From: Nitrospirota bacterium
GTDB lineage: Bacteria > Nitrospirota > UBA9217
Assembly (NCBI GenBank): GCA_963796285.1
Contig: CAWCKW010000010.1
Span: 1 to 64,000, forward strand
Length of the DNA stretch: 64,000 nucleotides
Direction: 5' to 3'
The first letter of the stretch is position 1. Every line of letters starts with the position of its first letter. The position numbers were made by a program, and so were the translations under genes. The notes under the pieces were generated by a model. The model worked only from the letters and a program-made list of their open reading frames with translations, made no database searches and was not told the DNA's origin. Shown piece by piece: positions 43,260 through 52,207 of the stretch.

Positions 43260-44459
43260 TCACCCTTTCAGGAGAACCGCCTTGTCAGTCAATTCCCATG
43301 GCAGGCCGATATCCATTCTTCCTACATGACCGTACGCTGCGAGCTTGCGATAAAAACCGCCCTTGATCTGAGAGGGGAGGTATCGGAGGTTGAACTGGCG
43401 TATGATCCCCGCTGTTCGAAAGTCGAAATTTTTCTCAACGAGATCTGCTATTTTTTGATCAGATTCTTTCCCGGTCCCGAAGGTTTCCACCTGGATGCTC
43501 ACCGGCCGCGAAAATCCGATGGAATAACTGAGCTGAACTTCGCAAGAGGTTGCAAGTCCGGCTGCGACGACATTCTTTGCAGCATACCGGGCGGCATAGG
43601 CGCCGATCCGGTCGATCCTCGAAGGGTCTTTCCCGCTCAAGGCTGCCCCGCTGTGGCGGGAATACTCGCCGTAGGTATCGATTGCGTTCTTTCTCCCGGT
43701 CAACCCTGAGTGCATGGCAGGACCGCCGCCGATGAAGGGACCGTCGGGATTGACGAAGATCCGGGTGTGCACATCCGGTTTGATCTCCTCGTCCTGAAAA
43801 ACAGGATTCAGCACCATCTCCCGAATATCGTCCTGGAGCCGTTTGGCATCGGGCCCGCCTTTGCCGTCGGCCCGTTTCTGGCTTGCAATAATGGTGATGC
43901 TGTGAACACGCGACGGTGTGCCGTCACGGTATTCGATGCCGACCTGGGTCTTGCCGTCGGGCGCAAGATAGTCGAGCGTTTTCTGGAGCCGTACGGAAGT
44001 GAGCTTCCGGGCAAGACGATGAGCAAGCCAGATCGGAAGTGGCATGAAGGACGCCGTTTGATCACATGCGAAACCGAACACGGTGACCTGGTTCTTGACC
44101 GGGACGCGCTCGATCTCTTCATCGGACATGGCACGCTCATCAACAGGACGACGTTCTTCCTGTGGGAATTCCTTCAAGCTCGTCACAATGCTGCAGGTCT
44201 TCGCGTTGAAGGCATGCTGGTCGTAACCGACCTGGCTTATCACCTGTCGCGCTACATTTGCAAAGTCCATATGAGCAACAGCTGCGAACCTCGCAGCAAT
44301 AAATACGATCGCCGTGGAAACGGCGCATTCGGCAATGACCTTCGCATAGGGGTCTTTTTGGAGGTAATGATCGACAACGGCATCGCTGATGATATCGCAG
44401 AGCTTGTCAGGATGGCCTTCGGTCACCGATTCAGAGGTGAACATGAAATCTTTTTTCAT
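43260..44459 (-). CDS. Divergent MetK (SAM synthetase)-family protein lacking methionine-binding motifs
   Basis: FTSESVTEGHPDK, PDGKTQV, GLTGRK..DTYG, SGKDPS.IDR, AAYGH present; GAGDQG replaced by PVKNQV. Confidence 0.85.
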   Translation of the reverse strand: MKKDFMFTSESVTEGHPDKLCDIISDAVVDHYLQKDPYAKVIAECAVSTAIVFIAARFAAVAHMDFANVARQVISQVGYDQHAFNAKTCSIVTSLKEFPQEERRPVDERAMSDEEIERVPVKNQVTVFGFACDQTASFMPLPIWLAHRLARKLTSVRLQKTLDYLAPDGKTQVGIEYRDGTPSRVHSITIIASQKRADGKGGPDAKRLQDDIREMVLNPVFQDEEIKPDVHTRIFVNPDGPFIGGGPAMHSGLTGRKNAIDTYGEYSRHSGAALSGKDPSRIDRIGAYAARYAAKNVVAAGLATSCEVQLSYSIGFSRPVSIQVETFGTGKESDQKIADLVEKNFDFRTAGIIRQFNLRYLPSQIKGGFYRKLAAYGHVGRMDIGLPWELTDKAVLLKG

Positions 44460-44486
44460 TTGACCCTCTCTATGAACTATGCATGC

Positions 44487-47400
44487 TCAAGTAACTGCAA
44501 AAACTTGATTGCCGTTCAATACCGGAACCGGGGCCGTTGAACTGCCATTCAGCACCAACGATGGAGCAGAGATCCTCTTCGTCGCTTCGTTAATGAGCAG
44601 GGGAGCGACAGCGGTCCCGATCGAAATTGCCAGGTCGAGGGGATTCAGCGGGCTCATCCCGAGGAAACTCCGGAGGCCCGGGACGACCAGGGTTAGCGAT
44701 TGCAATCCCAGCGAGCCTGTCAGGGCAACGGTGAGATAGTTGTTTGGCGCGAGCCGCGCAGCGTCAAAGATACTGTGGGTCTCGGAACGGTGGCTGATGG
44801 CGTGCAGGAGCCCTGCCGTGACAAAGTTCGTGAAAGCCATCGTGCTGGCTTGGGGCCCCTGCCCGTAGCGCAGGACTCCGTAGCCGTAGGCCGTCAGCGT
44901 CCCCGCCGAGATGGTGGAAGCCTCGAAGAGGAGCCTTTTAAAGTCTGCCGTATTGATGAGCTGTTCCTGGGGATTGCGGGGAGGCCGCAGGAGCACATCC
45001 GGCTCGGGCGGTTCCTGGGCAAGGGCAAGGCCAGGGAAGATGTCCGAGATCATGTTGATCCAGAGAAGCTGCATGACGTTGAACGGTTGTCCCATGCCGG
45101 CGGCAAGAGCGGTGAACATGATCATGATCTCGCTCGTGTTCTTCGAAAGCATGTACCGGACAGATTTTCGCAAATTGTTGTAGATCGTCCGCCCCTGGCT
45201 GATGGCCACGACCATTGTCTCGAGGTTGTCATCTTCCAGGATCACGTCTGCTACCTCCCGCGCCACGTCAGTCCCCGTGTGTCCCAGAGCGATCCCGATG
45301 TCGGCCGCCTTGAGCGCAGGTCCGTCGTTGATGCCGTCGCCGGTCATGCCAATGACCTTTCCTGCTGCCTGGAGCGCCTGGACGATCTGAAGCTTGTTGG
45401 CCGGGCTCACCCGGGCGAAGACATGGATCCGCCCGGCAAGTGCCGTCATGACCTCGGGTTCAAGCTGTGATAGATTGGTCGAGTCCAGGATCTCCAGTTC
45501 CTCGCCCTTGCTCAGATTGAGCTCCTTGCCGATGGCATACGCCGTGGGGCTCTGGTCCCCGGTGATCATAACGGTATCGATCCCGGCACGGTGGAACGTG
45601 TTGATGAGATTCTTGACGCCGCTCCTGACCACATCCGCCATGCCGACGAGTCCGACCCAGACGAGTCCCTGCTGGATGATCTCATCGCTGCGCAGGGTAT
45701 CTCCGTTGGTCACGGCATAGGCTACGGCCAGCACGCGGAGCGCTTCACCGGCCATCCGTTCATTTTCTGCATCGAAGACCGCGCGGGTATCGTTGTCCAT
45801 CACCAGTTGCCGGCCGTCCTTGACGTACCATTTGCAGACTGACAGCACATCGGACGGGCTGCCCTTGAGAGCCATAAGCCGCTGCCGGTCATTCGAACTA
45901 TGCACGGTGCTCATAAACTGCCGGTCTTCCGATCGGTAGTTCAGCTTCACGATGGGGTGCTGGGTCCGAAGCGAGTTGACATCCACGCCGGCGCTGAGCG
46001 CAAGGTTCACGAGGGCGTTTTCCGTCGATGAACCCTCGACGAGATAATCTCCTTCCAGTCCCGATACTATCGATTCATTACACAGCACTGACAGATGGAG
46101 CAGACGGAGGACGTCCTCGCTCGTATAGGGATTTATGCTTTTTCCTTCCGCCATGATCCTGCCATTAACAACATCGAGACGGCGCATGCCTGCATGGATC
46201 TGGACCACCGACATCTTGTTCATGGTGATGGTGCCGGTCTTGTCAAGACAGATGGTCTCGACCGAGCCGAGCGTTTCGACGGCGTCAAGGTGACGGATGA
46301 GCACATTCAGACCCCGCATGCGCTTGATGCCGAGCGCGAGGGTCGTCGTCGCAACGGTCGGAAGCCCCTCGGGCACAGCGGCTACAGCAAGGGCAATGGA
46401 GGTCTTCAGCATCTGGAGAAAACCGTAACCACGCAGAATGCCTACGATGAACACGATGCCGCATACAGTGCAGGTGATATACACCAACTGGACCCCCAGG
46501 TGGTCCATCTGCCGTTCCAAGGGCGTGTCGGGCGGCCGCGCTTCTCCCACCATGGTCTGGATCTTCCCGACCTCGGTAAAGCGACCTGTCGCCACCGCGA
46601 CGGCGCGTCCCTGTCCTCCCGTAACCAGGGTGCCCATATAGACCATGTTGGTCCGGTCGCCAAGGGGAATGTCCGATACCTTCAGTTCATCGGTGGTTTT
46701 TATCGCCGGCATGCTCTCGCCCGTCAACGCCGACTCATCGATACTCAGATATTTTGCCTCTATGAGACGGGCGTCCGCCGCGACATAGCTTCCCGGTCTT
46801 AGCACGAGCAGATCGCCGGGCACGACCTCTTTGGCATCGATGGTCGTCATGACCCCGCCGCGGATCACGGTTGAGGTCGGCTGCACGAGGTTCTTCAACC
46901 CGTGGATGATCTTTTCCGACTGGCTTTCGGTGACATACCCGATGGAGGAGTTGGTGACGACGACTCCCATGATCACGACAGCATCGGCGAGCCCGCCTGT
47001 AGCAACGGAAATGCCGGCAGCAACGCAGAGGAGAGCTACAGGAAGGGACTTGAACTGATCGAAAAAGATGCTCCAGCCTGAGCGAGGAACGGATTCAGGC
47101 AGAATGTTGGGACCATATTGGATGTACAAAAGGCGGGCTGCTTCTTCGGATAAACCGTTTGACGCTGATGTGCCCCATCGCTGCAAGACATCCTTCTTCG
47201 CCACACAGTGCCAAGGTTCTGCCTGCTGGTCCTCTGCATTGGCAACCTGTTTGCGAACAGTCCGCAGGCTCGGCACTTCCTTGCCAGCGGGAGTGTGGGG
47301 AGGAGAGACGGCGGTGCGCACGGGGCGTACCATCACCGTCCCTTTCCCCTGCGGCGTATCAGGGGCACGGCGTTCCTTACCCCCGACCGGGTCTCCGTTG

Positions 47401-47633
47401 GTACGCTCGACCACGGACTGCAGGAGGGAGGCCACTGCTGATGAATGATTGCCGTTCTGCGAATCGAACAGCACGAGAACGCTTCCCGTGAGGGTGTTAA
47501 TCGAAACGCTCAGGATCCACGTGTGCTGCGCAAGATTCTGCTCGATCTGCTTTTTCAGGGACTCCGAGCGATACAGGCCCTCTACTTTATAACGGGCCCG
47601 TCCTTTTACCGATGTATGAACGGCCTGGACCAC
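44487..47633 (-). CDS. P2A-type (SERCA-like) cation P-type ATPase with N-terminal HMA2 domain
   Basis: HTSVKGRARYK..NTLTGSVLV; LTGES, AVPEGL, DKTGT, MITGD, GDGINDGPALK, SKNTSE, QLLWINMISD. Confidence 0.92.
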   Translation of the reverse strand: MVQAVHTSVKGRARYKVEGLYRSESLKKQIEQNLAQHTWILSVSINTLTGSVLVLFDSQNGNHSSAVASLLQSVVERTNGDPVGGKERRAPDTPQGKGTVMVRPVRTAVSPPHTPAGKEVPSLRTVRKQVANAEDQQAEPWHCVAKKDVLQRWGTSASNGLSEEAARLLYIQYGPNILPESVPRSGWSIFFDQFKSLPVALLCVAAGISVATGGLADAVVIMGVVVTNSSIGYVTESQSEKIIHGLKNLVQPTSTVIRGGVMTTIDAKEVVPGDLLVLRPGSYVAADARLIEAKYLSIDESALTGESMPAIKTTDELKVSDIPLGDRTNMVYMGTLVTGGQGRAVAVATGRFTEVGKIQTMVGEARPPDTPLERQMDHLGVQLVYITCTVCGIVFIVGILRGYGFLQMLKTSIALAVAAVPEGLPTVATTTLALGIKRMRGLNVLIRHLDAVETLGSVETICLDKTGTITMNKMSVVQIHAGMRRLDVVNGRIMAEGKSINPYTSEDVLRLLHLSVLCNESIVSGLEGDYLVEGSSTENALVNLALSAGVDVNSLRTQHPIVKLNYRSEDRQFMSTVHSSNDRQRLMALKGSPSDVLSVCKWYVKDGRQLVMDNDTRAVFDAENERMAGEALRVLAVAYAVTNGDTLRSDEIIQQGLVWVGLVGMADVVRSGVKNLINTFHRAGIDTVMITGDQSPTAYAIGKELNLSKGEELEILDSTNLSQLEPEVMTALAGRIHVFARVSPANKLQIVQALQAAGKVIGMTGDGINDGPALKAADIGIALGHTGTDVAREVADVILEDDNLETMVVAISQGRTIYNNLRKSVRYMLSKNTSEIMIMFTALAAGMGQPFNVMQLLWINMISDIFPGLALAQEPPEPDVLLRPPRNPQEQLINTADFKRLLFEASTISAGTLTAYGYGVLRYGQGPQASTMAFTNFVTAGLLHAISHRSETHSIFDAARLAPNNYLTVALTGSLGLQSLTLVVPGLRSFLGMSPLNPLDLAISIGTAVAPLLINEATKRISAPSLVLNGSSTAPVPVLNGNQVFAVT

Positions 47634-47688
47634 GGACTATTCCTCCCACAGTGAAATGGAAACCGGTCACAAGCCAGGCGATGACTGA

Positions 47689-48414
47689 TTAAGCCTGTTT
47701 CGACTTCGGGAGGGCACTGCCCGCTACTTCCTTCACACCTTCAACAACGCCGACAAGCATGTCCTTTACCGCCTTGACTGCCGTGTTGCCGATCAAAGCC
47801 GCCGCATCAATCGCGCCAGTGACTGCAACCTTTGCCACTTCCTCGGCATTCCCCCCGACCTCCTTCGTTGCCTCGATCACGCCATCTACGGCCCTGCGGG
47901 CAACCATGGCAACATCAGCGCCGACCTCGGCAGCACCCTTGACAGCGCCGCTGACGGTCTGTCCTGCCACGGAAATAACATCGCCGCCAACATCGCTTAC
48001 GCCCATGATCACCCCTTTTGCCACGCTCTTGGTGCTCAAGATGAGTCCGGTGCCGACCTCTTCAGTGGCCTGAATGGCCCCCTTGACTACATCCTTCGTG
48101 ATACCGACAGCTTCATCGGCCACTGCGCCTGTTGCACGAAGCGTGTTGGATACGATGTTCCTGACGAGGCTGACGATCTCCGCTTCGATCTCGTTGATCC
48201 CCTTGAGACTGCTCACGACACCCTCTCTCACTGCAGATCCTGCTTTGCCGATGTCCCGGGCTGACGTTTCACTACCTATGGACTTTGCGTTTGTCATGTC
48301 TGCTCCTTTAGTTGTTGTCCTAGTTGTAATCTTCTGATCCGATCCCGATGATGTGCCGTGCGGACCGCGCTTCACTGTCTTCTTCGCTGGTGCCTTTTGT
48401 TTGCTGTCACTCAT
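47689..48414 (-). CDS. Hypothetical protein with 11/22-residue amphipathic helical repeats
   Basis: RBS AAGGAGG; KGAIQATEEVG, KGVIMGVSDVG, SGAVKGAAEVG, DGVIEATKEVG, TGAIDAAALIG at 22-aa period. Confidence 0.8.
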   Translation of the reverse strand: MSDSKQKAPAKKTVKRGPHGTSSGSDQKITTRTTTKGADMTNAKSIGSETSARDIGKAGSAVREGVVSSLKGINEIEAEIVSLVRNIVSNTLRATGAVADEAVGITKDVVKGAIQATEEVGTGLILSTKSVAKGVIMGVSDVGGDVISVAGQTVSGAVKGAAEVGADVAMVARRAVDGVIEATKEVGGNAEEVAKVAVTGAIDAAALIGNTAVKAVKDMLVGVVEGVKEVAGSALPKSKQA

Positions 48415-48592
48415 AATATCCTCCTTGCCAAGGTTCACAAAAACTTATCGTATCTTCTTGTATCCTGGATATTTTGATAATTCCGGGAATGGATATCTTG
48501 GGAATGCCGAATTGTCTGCTACTCGAATTTTTCGTAGCTGACAAGGCGGAAAGGAACTGGAAGAGTTCCCGCTTATCTAAGAGCTGCTTATG

Positions 48593-49078
48593 TTATTTCT
48601 TTTCCCCGTCTTTTGTTTTCGAGTAGAGATTGTATGCATACCAGTATGCTGCAGACCACGGTATTGGCCCCGCATTCCCTGACAGGATTTGCACACTACC
48701 CGCTATAACTAATGCTCCGACTGCAAACCCGCTCAGGTCCATATCACCACCCGTGAGGTTCTGTATCTGCCGATCAACGCTCTTGAATGTCTCCCCAAGG
48801 TTCCGGTGAAGATTTGCTGAGGGTACCCTTGAATCCTTTTGTTCCTGTAAAGAAAAAAGGTTCCCGGATCGCGCATACTCCGCAATCTCATGCACCGTCG
48901 TTTGGTGAAGCAAGAGTATACTCCCCGTACCCGGATTCACCTCAATGGAGAGAATGCCCGGACACGCGGCAAGCTGATCCCCCTGGGACTTTAGTGCTGC
49001 AAGGTTCCCTTTTTGTGAGGAGATCCTGATTCGTAATCTCCCGGTCGATGCATGGGCAATGACGGCATCAGGAATCAT
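48593..49078 (-). CDS. HMA2-domain membrane protein
   Basis: IAHASTGRLRIR, VNPGTGSILLLH; C-terminal hydrophobic segment with PWSAAYWYA. Confidence 0.8.
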   Translation of the reverse strand: MIPDAVIAHASTGRLRIRISSQKGNLAALKSQGDQLAACPGILSIEVNPGTGSILLLHQTTVHEIAEYARSGNLFSLQEQKDSRVPSANLHRNLGETFKSVDRQIQNLTGGDMDLSGFAVGALVIAGSVQILSGNAGPIPWSAAYWYAYNLYSKTKDGEKK

Positions 49079-49413
49079 GACGCGGCTGGCCTGCGTTTGG
49101 ATCTTGCCGCTACCGGTGCTGCTGCCGCTGCAACAGCCTCTGCAGCCGTTGGTGCTGCCGCAGCTGCTGCTGTCGACTCGGCCAATTCCGCCTTTGCTTC
49201 AGCCACAATATCCTCCGTGATTTCAGCAACCTCGGCAAAAGTTTCCTTGCCGCGTTCATACATCTGCATACCTCCTTTTATTGCGGCTTTTGCCAGAGGC
49301 TTCGCGATATTGGCAAACAAAGGGATAACTACAGGTGCCAATATTGCTGCTCCGATGCCGATAGCCAGACCAGTAACAATATTACCTTTCAATACATCAT
49401 CAAATAGTGCCAT
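49075..49413 (-). CDS. DUF5132-like GxxxG membrane-associated protein
   Basis: RBS AAGGAGG; TGLAIGIGAAILAPVVIP...KPLAKAAIKGG...EDIVAEAKAEL. Confidence 0.8.
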   Translation of the reverse strand: MALFDDVLKGNIVTGLAIGIGAAILAPVVIPLFANIAKPLAKAAIKGGMQMYERGKETFAEVAEITEDIVAEAKAELAESTAAAAAAPTAAEAVAAAAAPVAARSKRRPAAS

Positions 49414-49955
49414 GAGATATCCTCCTTTTATATTTTAAATATTATCTCCTTCATGCTGTGAAGTCTACCTGCTCTTTCATTACTTCCCTACATAGCACTT
49501 TTGTAACCAATTCATTGCGCAGGCCGCTGAAAAAGGATTTATACTGTTGTCCTGAATCCGTTAACATGTTCAGGACAGCTCGACCTTGCTTCTCACCCGT
49601 GATTTCATCGATTTAAGCAAGGCGCTGGATTTCGGTAAACTCGTTTACTTCGGTTAGCATTTATTCTACTTAGCACGTTGAACGCTAACATCCTTTCAGC
49701 AGGCAAAGCTTGCCACAAGGATCACCCGGCATCCTGCACTAAGTATCCATCGCAAAGAACTTGTGCCAGGTATACTCTTGCCTAGTATGAAAGTGTACAA
49801 TAATATGTAGAATGGCGAGAGTATCGAAACGACTTTTTACAGATTATTCCCCATCACGAAAGGAGCACACTGTGAAGGGTAAGAAACGATCGACGTGAAC
49901 AAAGAGAATCAAACAAAGAATGACGTGAGTGAATGTCCAGTCGAAAACGCCCTGG

Positions 49956-50557
49956 CTGTAACACAATCTTAACTTGACCTATGATCAGAGGTGCGGTAGT
50001 TTATGACATCTAAAAGTGATTGATCTCCGCGAGCCGTTACAAATGGTTTACGATGGAATCGACAACACACTTTCGGATAAAAGCAAAGAATCGCTTTCGC
50101 GTGTGTTAAAGCGCGGCTTGGCAGTTACTTCATTGCTTATGAGTATTCAGATGTGAGCTCCAAAGGCATAGAAGGTCATAAATATGAATTTATTAAATCG
50201 CACGGACGCAAAACAGATCATTGTGGAATATCTCGGGGAAAGCTTCGGGTCGTACACAGCAAAGATGCCTATCCTCGATATAAACGAGACTGGCGTTAAG
50301 GGTCGGAATTTCCTCGGTAAATGCGCCTTTGAAGAATGTTGGGTCGCGTACATGACGGATAACAGAACTCGCTTCAGCCTGGCTCCCTCTCGCATTATTT
50401 GCATTCTGAAGAAGACGGGTGAGATTATCTATGACGGCAGCGAAGGCGGCGGGAACCGAGAAAAAGCCTGACGAGCTATCCGAGTATCTGAAGTGCAACC
50501 TCCTCTGCCCATAACCTTACAATACCCCGTCTGTAACACAATCTTAACTTGACCTAT
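49956..50557 (+). repeat. 27-bp perfect direct repeat (49956-49982 and 50531-50557) containing a Pho-box pair
   Basis: CTGTAACACAATCTTAACTTGACCTAT twice, flanking ORF 50184..50471. Confidence 0.85.
50184..50471 (+). CDS. Hypothetical protein
   Basis: 95-aa ORF with GAAGGT RBS; ends SRIICILKKTGEIIYDGS. Confidence 0.55.
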   Translation: MNLLNRTDAKQIIVEYLGESFGSYTAKMPILDINETGVKGRNFLGKCAFEECWVAYMTDNRTRFSLAPSRIICILKKTGEIIYDGSEGGGNREKA

Positions 50558-50676
50558 TTATAGATTTATAGATATCCTATAATAATTATCCACCCTTTTT
50601 AATTCCGTTCTTTTTTTTATCTAGATTGTTTTTAAATTGGTATTTTTTCTACAGAATGCGATAGGAGATTGCAATT

Positions 50677-51117
50677 ATGACCAAACCAAAGGCGTTATTC
50701 CTTTGTACAGGGAACTCAGCCCGCAGCCAAATGGCTGAAGCATTTCTCAGAAAATATGCTGGGGAGAAGTATGAAGTTCACAGTGCAGGTTTGGAGCCAA
50801 AAAGAATTAATCCTTATACAATTCGTGTAATGGAGGAAGTTGGCGTCAGTTTGAATGGTTATAAATCAAAAAGTGTGAAAGAATATATGGGGAAGGTACA
50901 TGTCGCATATTTTTTCACCGTCTGCGATCAAGCTGAAAAAAACTGTCCGCGAACTTTTCTGATGAGCGTAGGGCGACACGTCCGTTGGGGGTTTGAAGAC
51001 CCCGCAGCATTTGAGGGAACAGATGAGGAAAAGCTATCAAAATTCCGGGAAGTTCGAGACCAGATTGACCAAAAAATCATAGAGTGGTTAGGAGAACAAG
51101 GCGTTACTGTTCCCTGA
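50677..51117 (+). CDS. arsC: Arsenate reductase, LMW-PTP/thioredoxin-coupled type
   Basis: LFLCTGNSARSQMAE, SAGLEP, TVCDQAEKNCP, WGFEDPA, FREVRDQI. Confidence 0.9.
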   Translation: MTKPKALFLCTGNSARSQMAEAFLRKYAGEKYEVHSAGLEPKRINPYTIRVMEEVGVSLNGYKSKSVKEYMGKVHVAYFFTVCDQAEKNCPRTFLMSVGRHVRWGFEDPAAFEGTDEEKLSKFREVRDQIDQKIIEWLGEQGVTVP

Positions 51118-51182
51118 ACAACACATTGAGGAAAAAACATGGGGGCAGCCTTTGACAGGAGACACTTTATGGCGGTATGGGC

Positions 51183-51383
51183 ATGAAGATTCAAGACATT
51201 AAGGACATTGCAAAGAAAAAAGGCGTTAATGCTGGGAAAATGAATAAAACAGACCTTATTAGGGCTATTCGAATAGCAGAAGGGAGCAACGTATGTTTTG
51301 CTACCTTCTCTATCCAGACATGCAGTCAAAAGAATTGTTTATGGCGCGCAGACTGCATGGAGGGCATGCTCAAGCCGGACTAA
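51183..51383 (+). CDS. SAP/Rho-N-like helical domain plus Cys cluster protein
   Basis: MKIQDIKDIAK..GV..GKMNKTDLIRAI..AEG...CFAT....C.Q..CLWR.DC. Confidence 0.7.
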   Translation: MKIQDIKDIAKKKGVNAGKMNKTDLIRAIRIAEGSNVCFATFSIQTCSQKNCLWRADCMEGMLKPD

Positions 51384-51451
51384 CAATGCTTTCCATCTGA
51401 CGGCGCTGCGGTTTACTCCACAGGCTAGAATAAAGAGTAAGGAGTCGAACA

Positions 51452-52006
51452 ATGACAAACACATTAACAACTGTACTCGAGAAAGTTCAGGAAGGTCTTG
51501 GACAGGGCGGCGTTTTAGATCAGATCGATAAACTTTTTCGTAAGCAGCAAAGAATCAATCTGTTTGAAAAGCTCGAAAAGATCGAGAACAAAGAGGTAGA
51601 TAATTTTCCTGTTGTGCTTTATAAGAGCATAATGCCAAACGGGAAAAAACAGCCTGCCTTATTGCGCTTTTACCTTCCGTCTTGGAAAGATCATGATGAA
51701 ATCTTTTGGCAATCGCTCGGTGATTATATTATTCTCGCGATGCACCGAGTGACAGATGTCGAATTCGATAGCACCAGAGGCCGGATAAAGGTTAAATATT
51801 TTCCCAAGATAAAAGGCCGGATAAAACATCCGGAAGACATCAGGGTGATCATCCAAAAAATTGCTTATCTTGTGGATACAGAAGGTTTGCCGACAGACTT
51901 CACTCGCTTCCGACGCATGACAGAACGACGTGATAGCTTGGGCGAGATGAGCAAAGAACAGGCCGCACTTATCGGCGTGGCATTAAAGCTTATCCAAATA
52001 CCTTAG
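51452..52006 (+). CDS. Hypothetical protein
   Basis: 184-aa ORF with RBS AAGGAG; no motif recognised. Confidence 0.6.
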   Translation: MTNTLTTVLEKVQEGLGQGGVLDQIDKLFRKQQRINLFEKLEKIENKEVDNFPVVLYKSIMPNGKKQPALLRFYLPSWKDHDEIFWQSLGDYIILAMHRVTDVEFDSTRGRIKVKYFPKIKGRIKHPEDIRVIIQKIAYLVDTEGLPTDFTRFRRMTERRDSLGEMSKEQAALIGVALKLIQIP

Positions 52007-52045
52007 TAGCAATTTATTTGCTGAAAATCACGTCCTCCCCGTAAA

Positions 52046-52171
52046 GGGCTAAGCTGGAGCTTCGAAGACCCCTCGACGTTGACCGGCACTGACGAGGAAA
52101 AGCTCCAAGCCGTCAGAAGAATACGCGATCAGATTTACCAGCAGATCGTTGAGTGGCTGAAGACGGCCTGA
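52046..52171 (+). pseudogene. C-terminal fragment of a second arsC
   Basis: WSFEDPSTLTGTDEEKLQAVRRIRDQIYQQIVEWL* mirrors WGFEDPAAFEGTDEEKLSKFREVRDQIDQKIIEWL; no N-terminus. Confidence 0.8.
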
Positions 52172-52207
52172 CCAGGAACCGTACAAAAGCCGCAAAATAA
52201 ACCCGCC

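Noticed and set aside
44487-47633. Canonical ferrosome FezB (P1B-6 ATPase)
   Set aside because: The transmembrane motifs are P2A-type (PEGL, N..E, N...D), so the cluster is only ferrosome-like
49698-49770. Sigma54 promoter for the ATPase/MetK-like operon
   Set aside because: Both TGGCA...TTGC candidates on the minus strand have the wrong spacing (N3 and N7 instead of N5)
51377-51430. attC-like start (GACTAACAATGCTTTCCATCTGACGGCGCTGCG) after the SAP-like gene
   Set aside because: Resembles the left half of an attC, but I found no complementary right arm or GTTRRRY end; at most a remnant
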